Under the pieces are notes generated by a model, which had not been told where the DNA came from, made no database searches, and saw only the letters and a list, made by a program, of their open reading frames with translations. Below are positions 8,760-18,658 of a stretch of DNA of 30,624 nucleotides, piece by piece. Position numbers and translations under genes: made by a program. Within the stretch, counting starts at the first letter, position 1. Each line of letters begins with the position of its first letter. Source of the DNA: a virus (lineage: Duplodnaviria > Caudoviricetes); the IMG/VR virus record IMGVR_UViG_3300025403_000031, positions 1 to 30,624 of that record. One strand, written 5' to 3'.

Positions 8760-9233
8760 TTAGTTGCCGGGGATGAAGCCGAGGGTTCCATCTCCAAAGT
8801 CCCGGATGACTGCCATCATCTCGTCCTGCGTCGAAGCGTTGTTGAGAGCCGACATGAACCTGTCGCCGGGGGTCATCCCTGCGCCAACTCCAGTACCGCT
8901 TGTTGCTCCCTGCGCTCTTGCGAGTGCTTGCAATTCGGCGGAGTGATCTTCCTCTTGGCGGGTCTGGGTGGCTCCGAAGATCCCATACTCCTCAGCGGCC
9001 TTGCGGATCGCTTCGGGGTCTGCATCTCCATCCCACGCCTTCCGAAGGAGAGCGCCTGCGCCCTGCTCTGGAATACCGGCCTTGGTGAAGGCTACTTCTC
9101 GCCTCATCGCCTCTAGTTCTGCCTGAGCACTTGCGAGTTCCTTCTCTCGTGCTTTCGCACTCCGTAAGGCTTCTCGGATGTTCGGGTCGAGAACGTCTGG
9201 GGACTCAACAGTTTCGTCGTAAGACTCTGACAT
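8760..9233 (-). CDS. Capsid scaffolding protein (157 aa)
   Basis: ATG 9233 with GGAG RBS. Acidic N-terminus, coiled coil, REVAFTKAGI...AAEEYG motif. Directly upstream of the MCP. Confidence 0.8.
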   Translation of the reverse strand: MSESYDETVESPDVLDPNIREALRSAKAREKELASAQAELEAMRREVAFTKAGIPEQGAGALLRKAWDGDADPEAIRKAAEEYGIFGATQTRQEEDHSAELQALARAQGATSGTGVGAGMTPGDRFMSALNNASTQDEMMAVIRDFGDGTLGFIPGN

Positions 9234-9240
9234 GGCAATC

Positions 9241-9372
9241 GCTCCGTTTCCAATACGCACTACGACAGGAGGTGTCGCAGCGGAAGATCACGCACACATA
9301 CGCCTTTGGGGTTTGTGCAATCCCCCAAGGGATAAGCGGCCATCTCGCCTCTGCCGAGGGACAGCACTCACT
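9241..9372 (-). ncRNA. Structured 5' leader of the scaffold/capsid mRNA (candidate cis-regulatory RNA)
   Basis: Three consecutive stem-loops on the minus strand. The last has a CCUCC loop complementary to the downstream GGAG RBS. Confidence 0.5.
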
Positions 9373-9409
9373 TGTAGTCAATGATACTCCTCTGCACTAG
9401 GCGAGGGTT

Positions 9410-10795
9410 CTATCGGACTGGTGCGGTGCCTTCTCCGGTAGCGAAGCCTGCGCCGGTGACACCCTTGGCGTTCATAATGTCTCCGCCGCCACCCTGCATC
9501 GGGGTCATCTGCTGCGCCCGAGCAATGTCAAAGGCTTGCTTGGCAGCGGGGTCGTTGCCGACCTGTGCGCCGATGAGTTGGGCTTGGGTGAGTCCTGCTC
9601 GTTGTTGTCCTGGTGCTTGGCCTTCTAGGGCTTGGTAGCGAGCTGCCGTGTCAATTTGCTGGCGGATGGTGCCTTCGCTTGCTCCGGTGGTTGCTTGGTA
9701 CTGAGCGAGGCCCATGGCTTGTTGCGCCGACATCTGGCTGTCAAAGCCTGCCATCTTCGCTTCGGCTCCGTACTTCGCCGCTTGGACTTGCTGGGTGATC
9801 TTGTCTGCGGCGTTCTTGGGGTCAAGGAAGTAATGAGCGAGTTGGCCGGGGGTCACACCGAACATGGTTTGGAGTTGCTGCTTGACTGCGGGGTCGGCCT
9901 TCTCTACGGCGACGTAGCCCTGCTGCACCCGCTGGTTGAACTCGGAGGGGCTTACTCGATTAGCGATGAGGTTGCCGATGACTTGTGGGGTGATGGTTCC
10001 CCGAGGCAAGCCGTACTGCCGAGCAGTCTCGTACATGGAGTTTTCGTAGGAGATGTAGACATTCTCGGCAAGGGGTGGGAGGCCTTGCTTTACCCGCTCC
10101 AAGTTGCCGGGGAACCGCTGGAAGTAAATAGCGGACTCAGGCGTGTTGGGGTTGCCCTTGGCATCAACGCTCATCAACTTGGACATGATGGCTGAGGCGT
10201 GAAGGCCGGAGAGCGCCTGCTGCTGAATGATGGGCGTGAGTGCCTTCAGTTGCTGCTGAGAGAAGCCGTAGTCCATGAGCCTGCCCTCAATGGCATCTGC
10301 GGTGGACTGAGCGGCGAGAGACTTGGACGTGGAGGCCGAGATTTGTGCGGCGGCAAGCGTGGCATCTGCCAACGACATACCGCTACCCGTTCCACCGTTC
10401 CCGAGGTAGGTGCTCTCTGCCCATGCTGCGAGGGACTTGGCATCGGGAGCGTTGGGGTTCTGGGCGGCGTAGTTCGTGTAGTCCCGGAACATCTTCGCCA
10501 TCTCGGAGTTGATCTTGTCAACTTTTGAGCCGCCGACCAACTTGGCGAAACCGCCTTGCTTGACGTAGCCGGTGGCAACAAGCAAGCCTTCCAGTTCGCT
10601 CTGCTGCTGAGGTGAGAGGTTGTAGGAGTCAGCCTCTAACTTCTTCAGCGTCACCGGGTCGGTGGTGCCGTAGATGCCTTTCAGCATTTGCTCTACTTGG
10701 TCGCTCTCGCCTTTGGTGTAGAGGGTGCCCGTTTGCCCAGTTTGGATTGGTGTTTGGAACGGAAACCCACCACCGCTCTTGTTGAACTCATCCAT
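9410..10795 (-). CDS. Internal virion (ejection) protein (461 aa)
   Basis: Ala/Gln-rich and helical, with YFQRFPGNLERVKQGLPPLAENVYISYE...VSPSEFNQRV. Lies between portal and scaffold, where such phages place core proteins. Confidence 0.6.
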   Translation of the reverse strand: MDEFNKSGGGFPFQTPIQTGQTGTLYTKGESDQVEQMLKGIYGTTDPVTLKKLEADSYNLSPQQQSELEGLLVATGYVKQGGFAKLVGGSKVDKINSEMAKMFRDYTNYAAQNPNAPDAKSLAAWAESTYLGNGGTGSGMSLADATLAAAQISASTSKSLAAQSTADAIEGRLMDYGFSQQQLKALTPIIQQQALSGLHASAIMSKLMSVDAKGNPNTPESAIYFQRFPGNLERVKQGLPPLAENVYISYENSMYETARQYGLPRGTITPQVIGNLIANRVSPSEFNQRVQQGYVAVEKADPAVKQQLQTMFGVTPGQLAHYFLDPKNAADKITQQVQAAKYGAEAKMAGFDSQMSAQQAMGLAQYQATTGASEGTIRQQIDTAARYQALEGQAPGQQRAGLTQAQLIGAQVGNDPAAKQAFDIARAQQMTPMQGGGGDIMNAKGVTGAGFATGEGTAPVR

Positions 10796-11409
10796 TACTG
10801 CTCACCTCCGGGCATCGGGCCACCCATCATTGGGCCGCCTTGGGGCGTGATCGCTGCGGCTGAAGGCGGGGTTCCTCCGGCTGCATGATCGTTTTCCACC
10901 GACCCGTCCCACTTGCCGGTGCCGCTAGCGAAGTGGTCAAGGAAGTCCTTGGTGGCGGCGTGAGCTGCTGGGGTGAACTCGTAGCCGGTGCCAGGAGTCA
11001 CTCGAAGGTATTGCTCCCAGTCGGACAGTGGCATGACCGTGGGGCTCTTGGTCTTGGGGTCAAAGCCTGCGGACAAGGCTCGGGCGTAGACAGGGTTCTG
11101 CCAGTCAACCTCGTGGTCGGAGCCAAGCAACTTCTTGGCAACTTGGACGTAGGGGTCAAGCAGGGTCTTGGTGGTCATGCCCATAGCGATGCGAGGAGCG
11201 AGGGTGGGGTAAAGGCCCGAGGCTACTTCGGCGGCATACTCAGCGAAGCCTTCCTTGCCTTCCCACTCCTTCAAGGCGCCGGAGGACATAGGGATTACAA
11301 AGTCCTCTGCGATCTGCTTAGGGGACTTGCCTTCCTCCGCCTCAAAGGAGGCAGTCTCCGCCCCTTCGTGCGCATTGGTGTCTGTTTCTTTGGTTTCGGT
11401 TTCAGCCAT
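10795..11409 (-). CDS. Putative internal virion protein (204 aa)
   Basis: Coupled (TAATG) with the next gene. Motif LYPTLAPRIAMGMTTKTLLDPY...DPKTKSPTVMPLSDWEQYLR. Confidence 0.55.
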   Translation of the reverse strand: MAETETKETDTNAHEGAETASFEAEEGKSPKQIAEDFVIPMSSGALKEWEGKEGFAEYAAEVASGLYPTLAPRIAMGMTTKTLLDPYVQVAKKLLGSDHEVDWQNPVYARALSAGFDPKTKSPTVMPLSDWEQYLRVTPGTGYEFTPAAHAATKDFLDHFASGTGKWDGSVENDHAAGGTPPSAAAITPQGGPMMGGPMPGGEQ

Positions 11410-11411
11410 GG

Positions 11412-14400
11412 TTAGTAGGTGAAGTTAGGAGCCATCGGACGGAACAACCCTTCAATAACGGTGGAGAGGTCGGGGTACTGTTTTGCAAGAGCGTCCATGC
11501 CCTTGTTCCACTCAGGAGCAATCTGCGCTTCGGTTGCGCCGTTCTTCCTAGAAGCATTGTACCAATCAAGTGCTGGCTGCAACTGTTCCCGCATCTGAGC
11601 GAGGATCGGATACCGCTTCGTGAGGCTTGGGTCACTCCAAGCGCTTTGCAGGTTGACCATCGCATCTGCTCGGTTGGCCTTGGCTGCTCCAGCGGTGTAG
11701 TCGGCGTAGGCAGCAGGGGCGTACTTGTAGCCGAACGACTGGAGCAAGCCCCAAGTAGTCGCGTCTGAGGGGTTAGACCTGTAGGGGTTCAGCCAGTTCT
11801 GCACCGAGGTCTTGGTGTAGCCATCCTTCTCCAGCTTGGCTCCCCAAGGCTGAAGCACGTTGTAGAGGTAGTAGTTGAACATGGCATCTTCGTAGGACTT
11901 TACGAAGCCCGCAGGCGTGTCCTGCTGTCGAACGCCAAAGGAGTTCTGGAGGAAGTGCGCCATAGCGTCGTAGGGCTGTGCGCCCTTGGTGTACTGCCCC
12001 ATTGGGAACAGGTAGGGAGCGATGTTGGCGTACTTGCTCTTGACCATCTCGGCGTTGTGCAGCATCCACTGACCCATTGGTGCAGTCTCGGGGTATGAAG
12101 TTCCCGTGACGGACTTGGAGGTGAACACCGTTTCCGCCGTAGCCCACGGGTACTTCTTTAGGAACTGCGTTGCTGCCTTGGTGATGTCGCCGCTCTGGTT
12201 GACCAGTGTGTAGAACTCGCTGTTCATCTTCAGGTTCGCTCGACCGACGAGGGCGCTCATGGGCGAGGTGCCACTGATGGCGGTTTTCATCATCCACAGG
12301 AACATGGTTTTGGAGTTCGTGGAACTGATGAGGTTGGCGTATGCCTCGGGGTTGCCTCTGGGGTCAAGTGCTGCTGCGGACTGGGTGAGCATGTAGGTGA
12401 TGCGCCAGTCCTGTTCGGTGCCGTGTGTCTCCAGCCAGCCAGCGGGCGGCGGAACCTTGGCAGACTCGTTCCAGTATTTCTTCTGAACATTGTCCATCTC
12501 GGCCTGCAACACTTCGTTGAAAGTGGTGATGTACGAGGCACCCATGCGACCGAAGAAGCCTTGGTTGAGCAGGGTCGCTCCACGTTGCGCCGACTCCTCG
12601 GCAACTGCCCATCCAATAGCGCCCTTGATGACGTTGCCGATGATGGAGTTCGGGATGATCTGGGTAATCAGTGGTTGACCGAGACCCTGTGGGCCGACAA
12701 CGTAGCGACCGAGGAAGTTGTCCAAGGCTGGCATGTCGCCTGCTGCGTGTTCAAGGTAGAAGTTGGCAGCGACACCGATCATCGGTGTTCCCTTGGGAAC
12801 GAGGCTGCCGAGCAAAGTGTCCACACCAGGAGCCACGCCACTCTCTCCGGCCCATGGCAGCACAGTCCGCAGGGAGTTGGGCGACAACTCAATTGGCATC
12901 TTCACGCCAATAAACTTCTCCATGAACCATGCCGAGCCGGGGATCGGAACACCGATGGTTCCGGTCTTTTGGTCGTACTTGTACTCCGCCTCTTGTGCGA
13001 GCCACATGGCTTTGACGTACTGCTCAAAGGCACCGGGGTTCTCAAAGGCGACACGGCCAAGTCGCCGCCATGCTTGGTTCTGGGCGAAGTAGAACGGCGC
13101 TTGCAGGCGCATCATGTTTTCTAACTTCAGCTTGTCCTTGGGGTTGTGAACGTAGCGGATGGCCTTGTAGGAGGCTCGGGACTGCGCCAGCACGTCTGCC
13201 TGCTCAGAGGACAAGTCACCAGCGAGCACCTTAGCGTTCAGGAGTTCGCGCTCCTTAGTGAACTCGATGATGTACATGGGGTTGCGAGACAGGTTGTTGA
13301 CGATGGGAGCCAAGAACTTGTCGTGGATTTTGCCGGTGATCTTGGAGGGGTCAAGTTTGCCCAGCCCACCCATCGGCTGATCCATGTCGGGGCCCGGGAT
13401 GGAATTGAAGTGGCGGAGGTCTTGCCCATCCATGTACGCCTTGCCGAAGTCGGTGACGTTGCCGGGCAGTGCTCCAGTGGCCTTGCTCACTGAGTCCTTG
13501 ATGCCTGCCATGTCAAACATCAACTTGTCGTGGAAGGCACCCGAGGGGCCACGGAACACACCCTCAATGGACTTGGTGGCTGCGGTAGCCCAGTCCATCC
13601 GAGCGAGCTCTTTCTTCTTCAGGTCGCTGTAGTTGACTGGGTTGCCGAGAGCGTCGGTCTCCATGCCTGCCGCCGACAACGGGTGGTCGGGGGCAAGGGG
13701 AGCCGTGGTTCGCAGCATCATCTTCTTTGTGGATGCTGGGATTGCGTCAAAGACTTCAAGCGCCTTCTGGTGGCCGACGATCTGCGCCGTGAGCATGGCA
13801 TCTTGATGCGCCATGCCTGCATCTCGGGCTTCCTTGTAAGCGTTGGCGTAGGCTTCCACAATTGGCTTGGCGGTAGAACTATTGGCGTAGTACTGCGCTC
13901 GACGCAGATAGAACGCCTTGTAGCCCGCTTGTCCCGGCTCGTAGTCTCGGAAGATGCGCTGCAAGCGAACCTTCTGCGTGGAGGGTTCGTTGGTCACGCC
14001 GGGATACTTGTAGGTCGCAGCGTTGATGTCCGCAGCCGTGGGGTTGTCAATGACGAAGTAGTTGCCGCTTGCACCGTGAGAGGCGTTGAGCAGCGGGCTG
14101 ACGATGTGACCGTCATTGAGATAGACCAAGTGAATTGCGGACTCTAGGAACTTTTCCTTGCCGATGGCTTTGAGGAGGCTGGCCTCTGTCCCGGCGAAGA
14201 TGCCGTGGATGGCGGCGACGAAGTTGCCCATCTCCCGTTCGGTCTTGAACAACTTTTGCCCTGGCTCAATAAGGTTGACCTTCTGAAGCACTTTGCCTGC
14301 GATGGAGGCGATGCCTTCGGCGGTGGCTCGGGTAAGGGTCTTGTCCAGTCCGGCGACAATGGCTTCGTGCTTGGCAGCCCGGGAGGCGAGTTCGGCGGCG

Positions 14401-17400
14401 GCAAAGTTGAGCGGCCCTTGTCGAATGATGTTGAGGACATCTTCGGACATGGACACACGAGTTGCCCAACCACCAGTGGCGAGTGCGAATGGCTTGAACA
14501 GGAAAGTGTTGAGCCACTTGTCCATCCAGTTGTAGACACCCATGCCGTTGATGGACAGGGAATTCCACAATGCCCGAGGGACGTTGGTGATGCCCCGAGC
14601 GTCTGCAATGAACCCGGCCTCGTTGACCAACTCCAAGCGACCTTGCTCCTTGACCAGTTGCTTCTGCAACTTGGTGCGCTGTGCATCGTCGGTGGCTGCG
14701 GCAATTGCCTTCTCTAGATCGGCAACCTTCTCCTCTTGGGAAGCGATGTTGGCTGCGATGTTGGTTCTGATGTCGCCAACGTTCTTGACAAGCGTTTGGA
14801 TCATCCGACGCTGGAGGTTGTCAAGTTCGTTGTAGGAGGGAATGTAGAGGCGGGCGTTTTCCTCGGGGAAGATGGCAGAGGCGAGGGTCTGCCCATCACC
14901 GTTGACAGGGTTGGTGTGCTCTACGTCACTGACATCGTGGTTCGCTCCGGCAAGTGGGTCGCCGGCTGGCAGGTCAAAGGGGATGCGAGCCGACTGTTCA
15001 ACCGAAGCTCCATGGAACAAGCGTTGTCCCAAACTGCCGATGGCTTGTTTGTCATCAAAGCCCTTCTGCATAAACCCTTGGAAAATTGCTTCGCTTGTGG
15101 CTCGACCACTGATCCGGTTGATCCCAGCAAAGATTGAACGAAGGATCTTGTAGCCCAACTCCATCAGAGGGTTGCGGCTCTTGATCTTCCCGGCCCAGCG
15201 GTCGTACATGCCCTCAGCAAACCACTCGTCAATGTTCTTCAGACGGTAGTTATCAAACTCTTGAACCGATGGGAGGCGGCTCCACGGCACTTGCTCAATA
15301 GGGATGTGGGCGCTGCCTGTGTGTTCTTCAACCAACTTCTGCAACCTGGCGAACTTGGTTTCGGTTTCGTCAAGCTTGCGTCCAGCACGAACAGTTTCCT
15401 CGTAAGTTGCTTTGAGGTAGCCGTTGTTCTTGCCCCACTCCACCATGCGCTGCACACCGTTTTGACGCACAAAAGCAATACGAGCACTTTCAAGTTCTCG
15501 GTTCAGACCAGTAAGGTGTTCCTCGGGGACAAACTGGGAGAGATGGTGGAACATCTCGTGGATCAGCGTCCGGTCTAGTCCTTCTGGATCTCTCAAAGCC
15601 CCAGCGAACAAAGTGATAAGTTGATCGGCCCAACTGTATTGGCCCGATGCTCCGCTTTCGCTTGCCGCCAAAATGCTGAGGCGAACGTTGTCAAACAAAT
15701 CTGGGCCAATGGCTTGAATGAACCCTTCAATTGCCAACTTTTCTTCGGCGGTGATGCTGCCATTGGCAAGCGCCCGGTTGAGTCTGCCGGTGATTTGTTC
15801 GTAGCCACTAAGCGTTTGATTAGCACGAGCTTCTTTGTTGCGAGCAACACGACGGTCAAGTTCCGCAGCCTTATTTTGCAACTGCCGTTGAGTCTTGGCG
15901 GCGGTCTTTGCTTCCGCGTCTGCGATGGCCTGCTCGTGCTCCGTGATGGCCTTGACCCAAGACTCCATCATGGCGGGTTCTGATGGCACGTTGCCACCAG
16001 CCGCCGATGCAACGACTTCCTTCGCCTTCGCTACAACACGAGACAGGTCAATGGTGCCGCCGGTTTCCAGAACCGCAGTCCCGTACTTTCCGTAGTCGCC
16101 GGGGCCACCGTAGTTCAGCAGGAGGTCAAGGTTCTCCTTGATTACTCCGTCATACTTACCGAGCAGGAACTTGCGAAGTGCGGGGTCACTCTCAACGGCG
16201 TACACGGCCTTGACGATGCTGGACTGCATCATGGAGGCGATGGACTTCTTGATCGCCTGCCGCCAGACGTAGGGGTCAGAGGTTGCGGCAAGGGTGTCCA
16301 CAACCATCTTGGCTTCCTTGTCGCCAACCGTCAGGCGCAAAGCGTCACGGATAAAACCGAGGGAGTTCTTGTCGCCAAGCGTGACGTAATGGTTCTCGAC
16401 CGTCATGTTGGCGAGGTCGGTGTACATCGGCATCTGAGAGGCGATGTGGTCAAAGTTGATCTTGGTTTTTGCCGCTTCCTCCATGACGTACAGCAACTTG
16501 TTAGAGATGAGGGGCAATTGGCTGGAGGTCAGCAGTTCGTTGGCGTGAGCTGCGGCTCGGAAGATGTCCTTGACGTTCTCAACCGAACGCTCCATGTTGA
16601 CGCTGCCATCGGCGTTGACCACTTTGGCTTTGGCAAGGTCATCAGCGATGGGAGCAAGGCGCTTGTCAAGACTAATGATGTCGGAGGCCGAACCCATCTG
16701 GGCGATGACGTTGATGGCGTTGCGGGCGCTCGGCAGGGAGTTGTAGGCATCGTCTACCTTCTCCATTGAGGTGCCGGAGAAGTACCGGCCCTTTGCTGCC
16801 TTCTCGTAGGCAACACCAAACCACTGTTGCGCCTTGCTCAGTTCTTCGGTGCTAGGGCGGTATGCGCCGCCAACCAGTCCGCCGACACCTTCCAGACTGC
16901 GAGCCTTGCCGACTACTCGACCGGCAGCACCGATGGCATCGGGAACGACAAACGAAGCCAGAGCGTCAATGGCTCCCGAGAGAACAGTCCCCCTGCCTGC
17001 GAGGTCTTGGCCCAGCGTCGGGGAAAGCATGGGGTACTGCTTGGCCCATGTGGTTCCGTTGCGGGAGTCCATGTATGCCTGCCGGAACAGGACTTGACCA
17101 GCACCCTCAAAGCCTGCGGTTGCGCCGAGCGTGACCGGCGAGTTGGCTACAGCGGTGACTGCTCGGAATGGTGCGCCTGCAACCTTGGCGAGTGGGTCAA
17201 GAATGCGTTGGGTGCGGAGTGCTGCGGTGCGAGCCGCTGCCTGCGCTGCGGTCATGTCTGACTCTGCGCCTGCCAATCCGCTGCCGAACAATCCGGTAGC
17301 CGCTTCCTCTGCTGCTAGTGCGCCTTCCTCTGATCCGGCACCACCAGTTGCCAAGCCGCCGACTACTCCACCAGCGACGGTGGGGAGCAGGGCAAGCGCC

Positions 17401-18248
17401 GCCATGAGAGGGCCGTACTTGTGCTCGACGGTGGCGACGTAGCGGTAGAGGTGCTCGGGGCTGTCAAACTGGTCAGCGACGGTGTTGATGACTCCCTTGG
17501 AGCCTTGGACAAGCGGCGGCAGGGTTGAGACACCGGCAACCGTGGGGCCACCACCGAGCGCACCCGAGGGAACCTGCGTGGCATCGGTGATGCCGTTGCC
17601 CTGTCGAAGCGACTGGCCGATCTTGGCGAGACCCTCGGCGGAGAGCTTGGCGGCTTCGCTTCCTCCGGCGACAACCGGCATGATGGGCGGTGCGCTGACG
17701 TTGCCGCCTGGCACCGGGGCAAGTGGAATGTTTTGCCCACTGGTGTAGGGCGCTGCTGCCTGCCCGCCAATGCGCCCGATAGGTTCAAGGATGTTGCCGT
17801 TGATCCACGACCCGACATCTCCAAAGGCATTACCGACATGACCCCAGAATGAGGTGTGCGGGTAGAGCACGTCCATCATGTGCTTGTAGTCCTGCACACC
17901 GAGAGGCTGCATGGACTTCACGGCGTTGTGTGCCTTGGCGATGGCCTCGGCGTATTGCGGCGGCATGGGAGCCTGAGCGTTGTAAGCGAGGGCTAGGGCG
18001 AGTTGCGGGTTGTGCTGGAGGCTCGGAGCCTGCTGGAAGATGGCACCCAACTTCCGAGCGATGTCTGCCCGTGAGTTGGTGTAGGCACTCTGCTCAAAGC
18101 CCTTGGCGCTCTCGACTCCCTGCGGTGCGCCCGAGAAGCCCATGACTCCCTGAGCGCCTTGGCTCCCCTGCGGCATCTGAGTCTCTTGGACTGCACCTGC
18201 CTGTCCAACAACTCCCTGTGCGCCGATAGCGCCTTGTCCGTTTGCCAT
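11412..18248 (-). CDS. Large internal virion / DNA-ejection protein with an inserted HExxH metallopeptidase-like domain (2278 aa)
   Basis: Very long helical ORF after the portal. N-terminal hydrophobic Gly/Ala stretch. TLIHEMFHHL and DEWFAE in the central segment. Confidence 0.7.
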   Translation of the reverse strand: MANGQGAIGAQGVVGQAGAVQETQMPQGSQGAQGVMGFSGAPQGVESAKGFEQSAYTNSRADIARKLGAIFQQAPSLQHNPQLALALAYNAQAPMPPQYAEAIAKAHNAVKSMQPLGVQDYKHMMDVLYPHTSFWGHVGNAFGDVGSWINGNILEPIGRIGGQAAAPYTSGQNIPLAPVPGGNVSAPPIMPVVAGGSEAAKLSAEGLAKIGQSLRQGNGITDATQVPSGALGGGPTVAGVSTLPPLVQGSKGVINTVADQFDSPEHLYRYVATVEHKYGPLMAALALLPTVAGGVVGGLATGGAGSEEGALAAEEAATGLFGSGLAGAESDMTAAQAAARTAALRTQRILDPLAKVAGAPFRAVTAVANSPVTLGATAGFEGAGQVLFRQAYMDSRNGTTWAKQYPMLSPTLGQDLAGRGTVLSGAIDALASFVVPDAIGAAGRVVGKARSLEGVGGLVGGAYRPSTEELSKAQQWFGVAYEKAAKGRYFSGTSMEKVDDAYNSLPSARNAINVIAQMGSASDIISLDKRLAPIADDLAKAKVVNADGSVNMERSVENVKDIFRAAAHANELLTSSQLPLISNKLLYVMEEAAKTKINFDHIASQMPMYTDLANMTVENHYVTLGDKNSLGFIRDALRLTVGDKEAKMVVDTLAATSDPYVWRQAIKKSIASMMQSSIVKAVYAVESDPALRKFLLGKYDGVIKENLDLLLNYGGPGDYGKYGTAVLETGGTIDLSRVVAKAKEVVASAAGGNVPSEPAMMESWVKAITEHEQAIADAEAKTAAKTQRQLQNKAAELDRRVARNKEARANQTLSGYEQITGRLNRALANGSITAEEKLAIEGFIQAIGPDLFDNVRLSILAASESGASGQYSWADQLITLFAGALRDPEGLDRTLIHEMFHHLSQFVPEEHLTGLNRELESARIAFVRQNGVQRMVEWGKNNGYLKATYEETVRAGRKLDETETKFARLQKLVEEHTGSAHIPIEQVPWSRLPSVQEFDNYRLKNIDEWFAEGMYDRWAGKIKSRNPLMELGYKILRSIFAGINRISGRATSEAIFQGFMQKGFDDKQAIGSLGQRLFHGASVEQSARIPFDLPAGDPLAGANHDVSDVEHTNPVNGDGQTLASAIFPEENARLYIPSYNELDNLQRRMIQTLVKNVGDIRTNIAANIASQEEKVADLEKAIAAATDDAQRTKLQKQLVKEQGRLELVNEAGFIADARGITNVPRALWNSLSINGMGVYNWMDKWLNTFLFKPFALATGGWATRVSMSEDVLNIIRQGPLNFAAAELASRAAKHEAIVAGLDKTLTRATAEGIASIAGKVLQKVNLIEPGQKLFKTEREMGNFVAAIHGIFAGTEASLLKAIGKEKFLESAIHLVYLNDGHIVSPLLNASHGASGNYFVIDNPTAADINAATYKYPGVTNEPSTQKVRLQRIFRDYEPGQAGYKAFYLRRAQYYANSSTAKPIVEAYANAYKEARDAGMAHQDAMLTAQIVGHQKALEVFDAIPASTKKMMLRTTAPLAPDHPLSAAGMETDALGNPVNYSDLKKKELARMDWATAATKSIEGVFRGPSGAFHDKLMFDMAGIKDSVSKATGALPGNVTDFGKAYMDGQDLRHFNSIPGPDMDQPMGGLGKLDPSKITGKIHDKFLAPIVNNLSRNPMYIIEFTKERELLNAKVLAGDLSSEQADVLAQSRASYKAIRYVHNPKDKLKLENMMRLQAPFYFAQNQAWRRLGRVAFENPGAFEQYVKAMWLAQEAEYKYDQKTGTIGVPIPGSAWFMEKFIGVKMPIELSPNSLRTVLPWAGESGVAPGVDTLLGSLVPKGTPMIGVAANFYLEHAAGDMPALDNFLGRYVVGPQGLGQPLITQIIPNSIIGNVIKGAIGWAVAEESAQRGATLLNQGFFGRMGASYITTFNEVLQAEMDNVQKKYWNESAKVPPPAGWLETHGTEQDWRITYMLTQSAAALDPRGNPEAYANLISSTNSKTMFLWMMKTAISGTSPMSALVGRANLKMNSEFYTLVNQSGDITKAATQFLKKYPWATAETVFTSKSVTGTSYPETAPMGQWMLHNAEMVKSKYANIAPYLFPMGQYTKGAQPYDAMAHFLQNSFGVRQQDTPAGFVKSYEDAMFNYYLYNVLQPWGAKLEKDGYTKTSVQNWLNPYRSNPSDATTWGLLQSFGYKYAPAAYADYTAGAAKANRADAMVNLQSAWSDPSLTKRYPILAQMREQLQPALDWYNASRKNGATEAQIAPEWNKGMDALAKQYPDLSTVIEGLFRPMAPNFTY

Positions 18249-18658
18249 TAAAACCCGAGGTGTTGTGCGTAGTTAGCCAACTGTTGCAACTCAGCACCAG
18301 CGAAGGGGCTGGCTGCAAGGTGCTGCAAGATCGCAGATACATTCTGGCCGGGGCCGGGGGTCATCACTTCTGGGCCTGCACCGGGGCCGACTGGAAGGCC
18401 GTGAGTAATCGGCTCTTGCGGGCGGTCAGTTTCGTGGAGGAACTTCAAGTCTCCCGGCTGGGTAGCAGGGGTGGCACGAGGGGCAGTCATCTGCATTGGA
18501 GCCTGAGCTGCCATCTGCGCCGTGGTGCGGTCGCCGGAAGCCATGGGAACAACCTGCATTGCCTGTGCCTGCCCAGCCTGCTTTCCGTAGTCCTGTCCAG
18601 GGACAGTGACCTTGGGGACGTTCAGGTCAGTACGGTTCGGCTTGGCCTTACGCGGCAC
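18248..18658 (-). CDS. Conserved Pro/Gly-rich virion protein following the portal (136 aa)
   Basis: GTG start with GGAGG RBS. Motifs NRTDL, GQDYG, RPQEPITHGLPVGPGAGPE. Confidence 0.7.
   Translation of the reverse strand: MPRKAKPNRTDLNVPKVTVPGQDYGKQAGQAQAMQVVPMASGDRTTAQMAAQAPMQMTAPRATPATQPGDLKFLHETDRPQEPITHGLPVGPGAGPEVMTPGPGQNVSAILQHLAASPFAGAELQQLANYAQHLGF

Noticed and set aside
11412-18248. Possible virion RNA polymerase because of its size
   Set aside because: No DxDGD or T7-type polymerase motifs were recognised.
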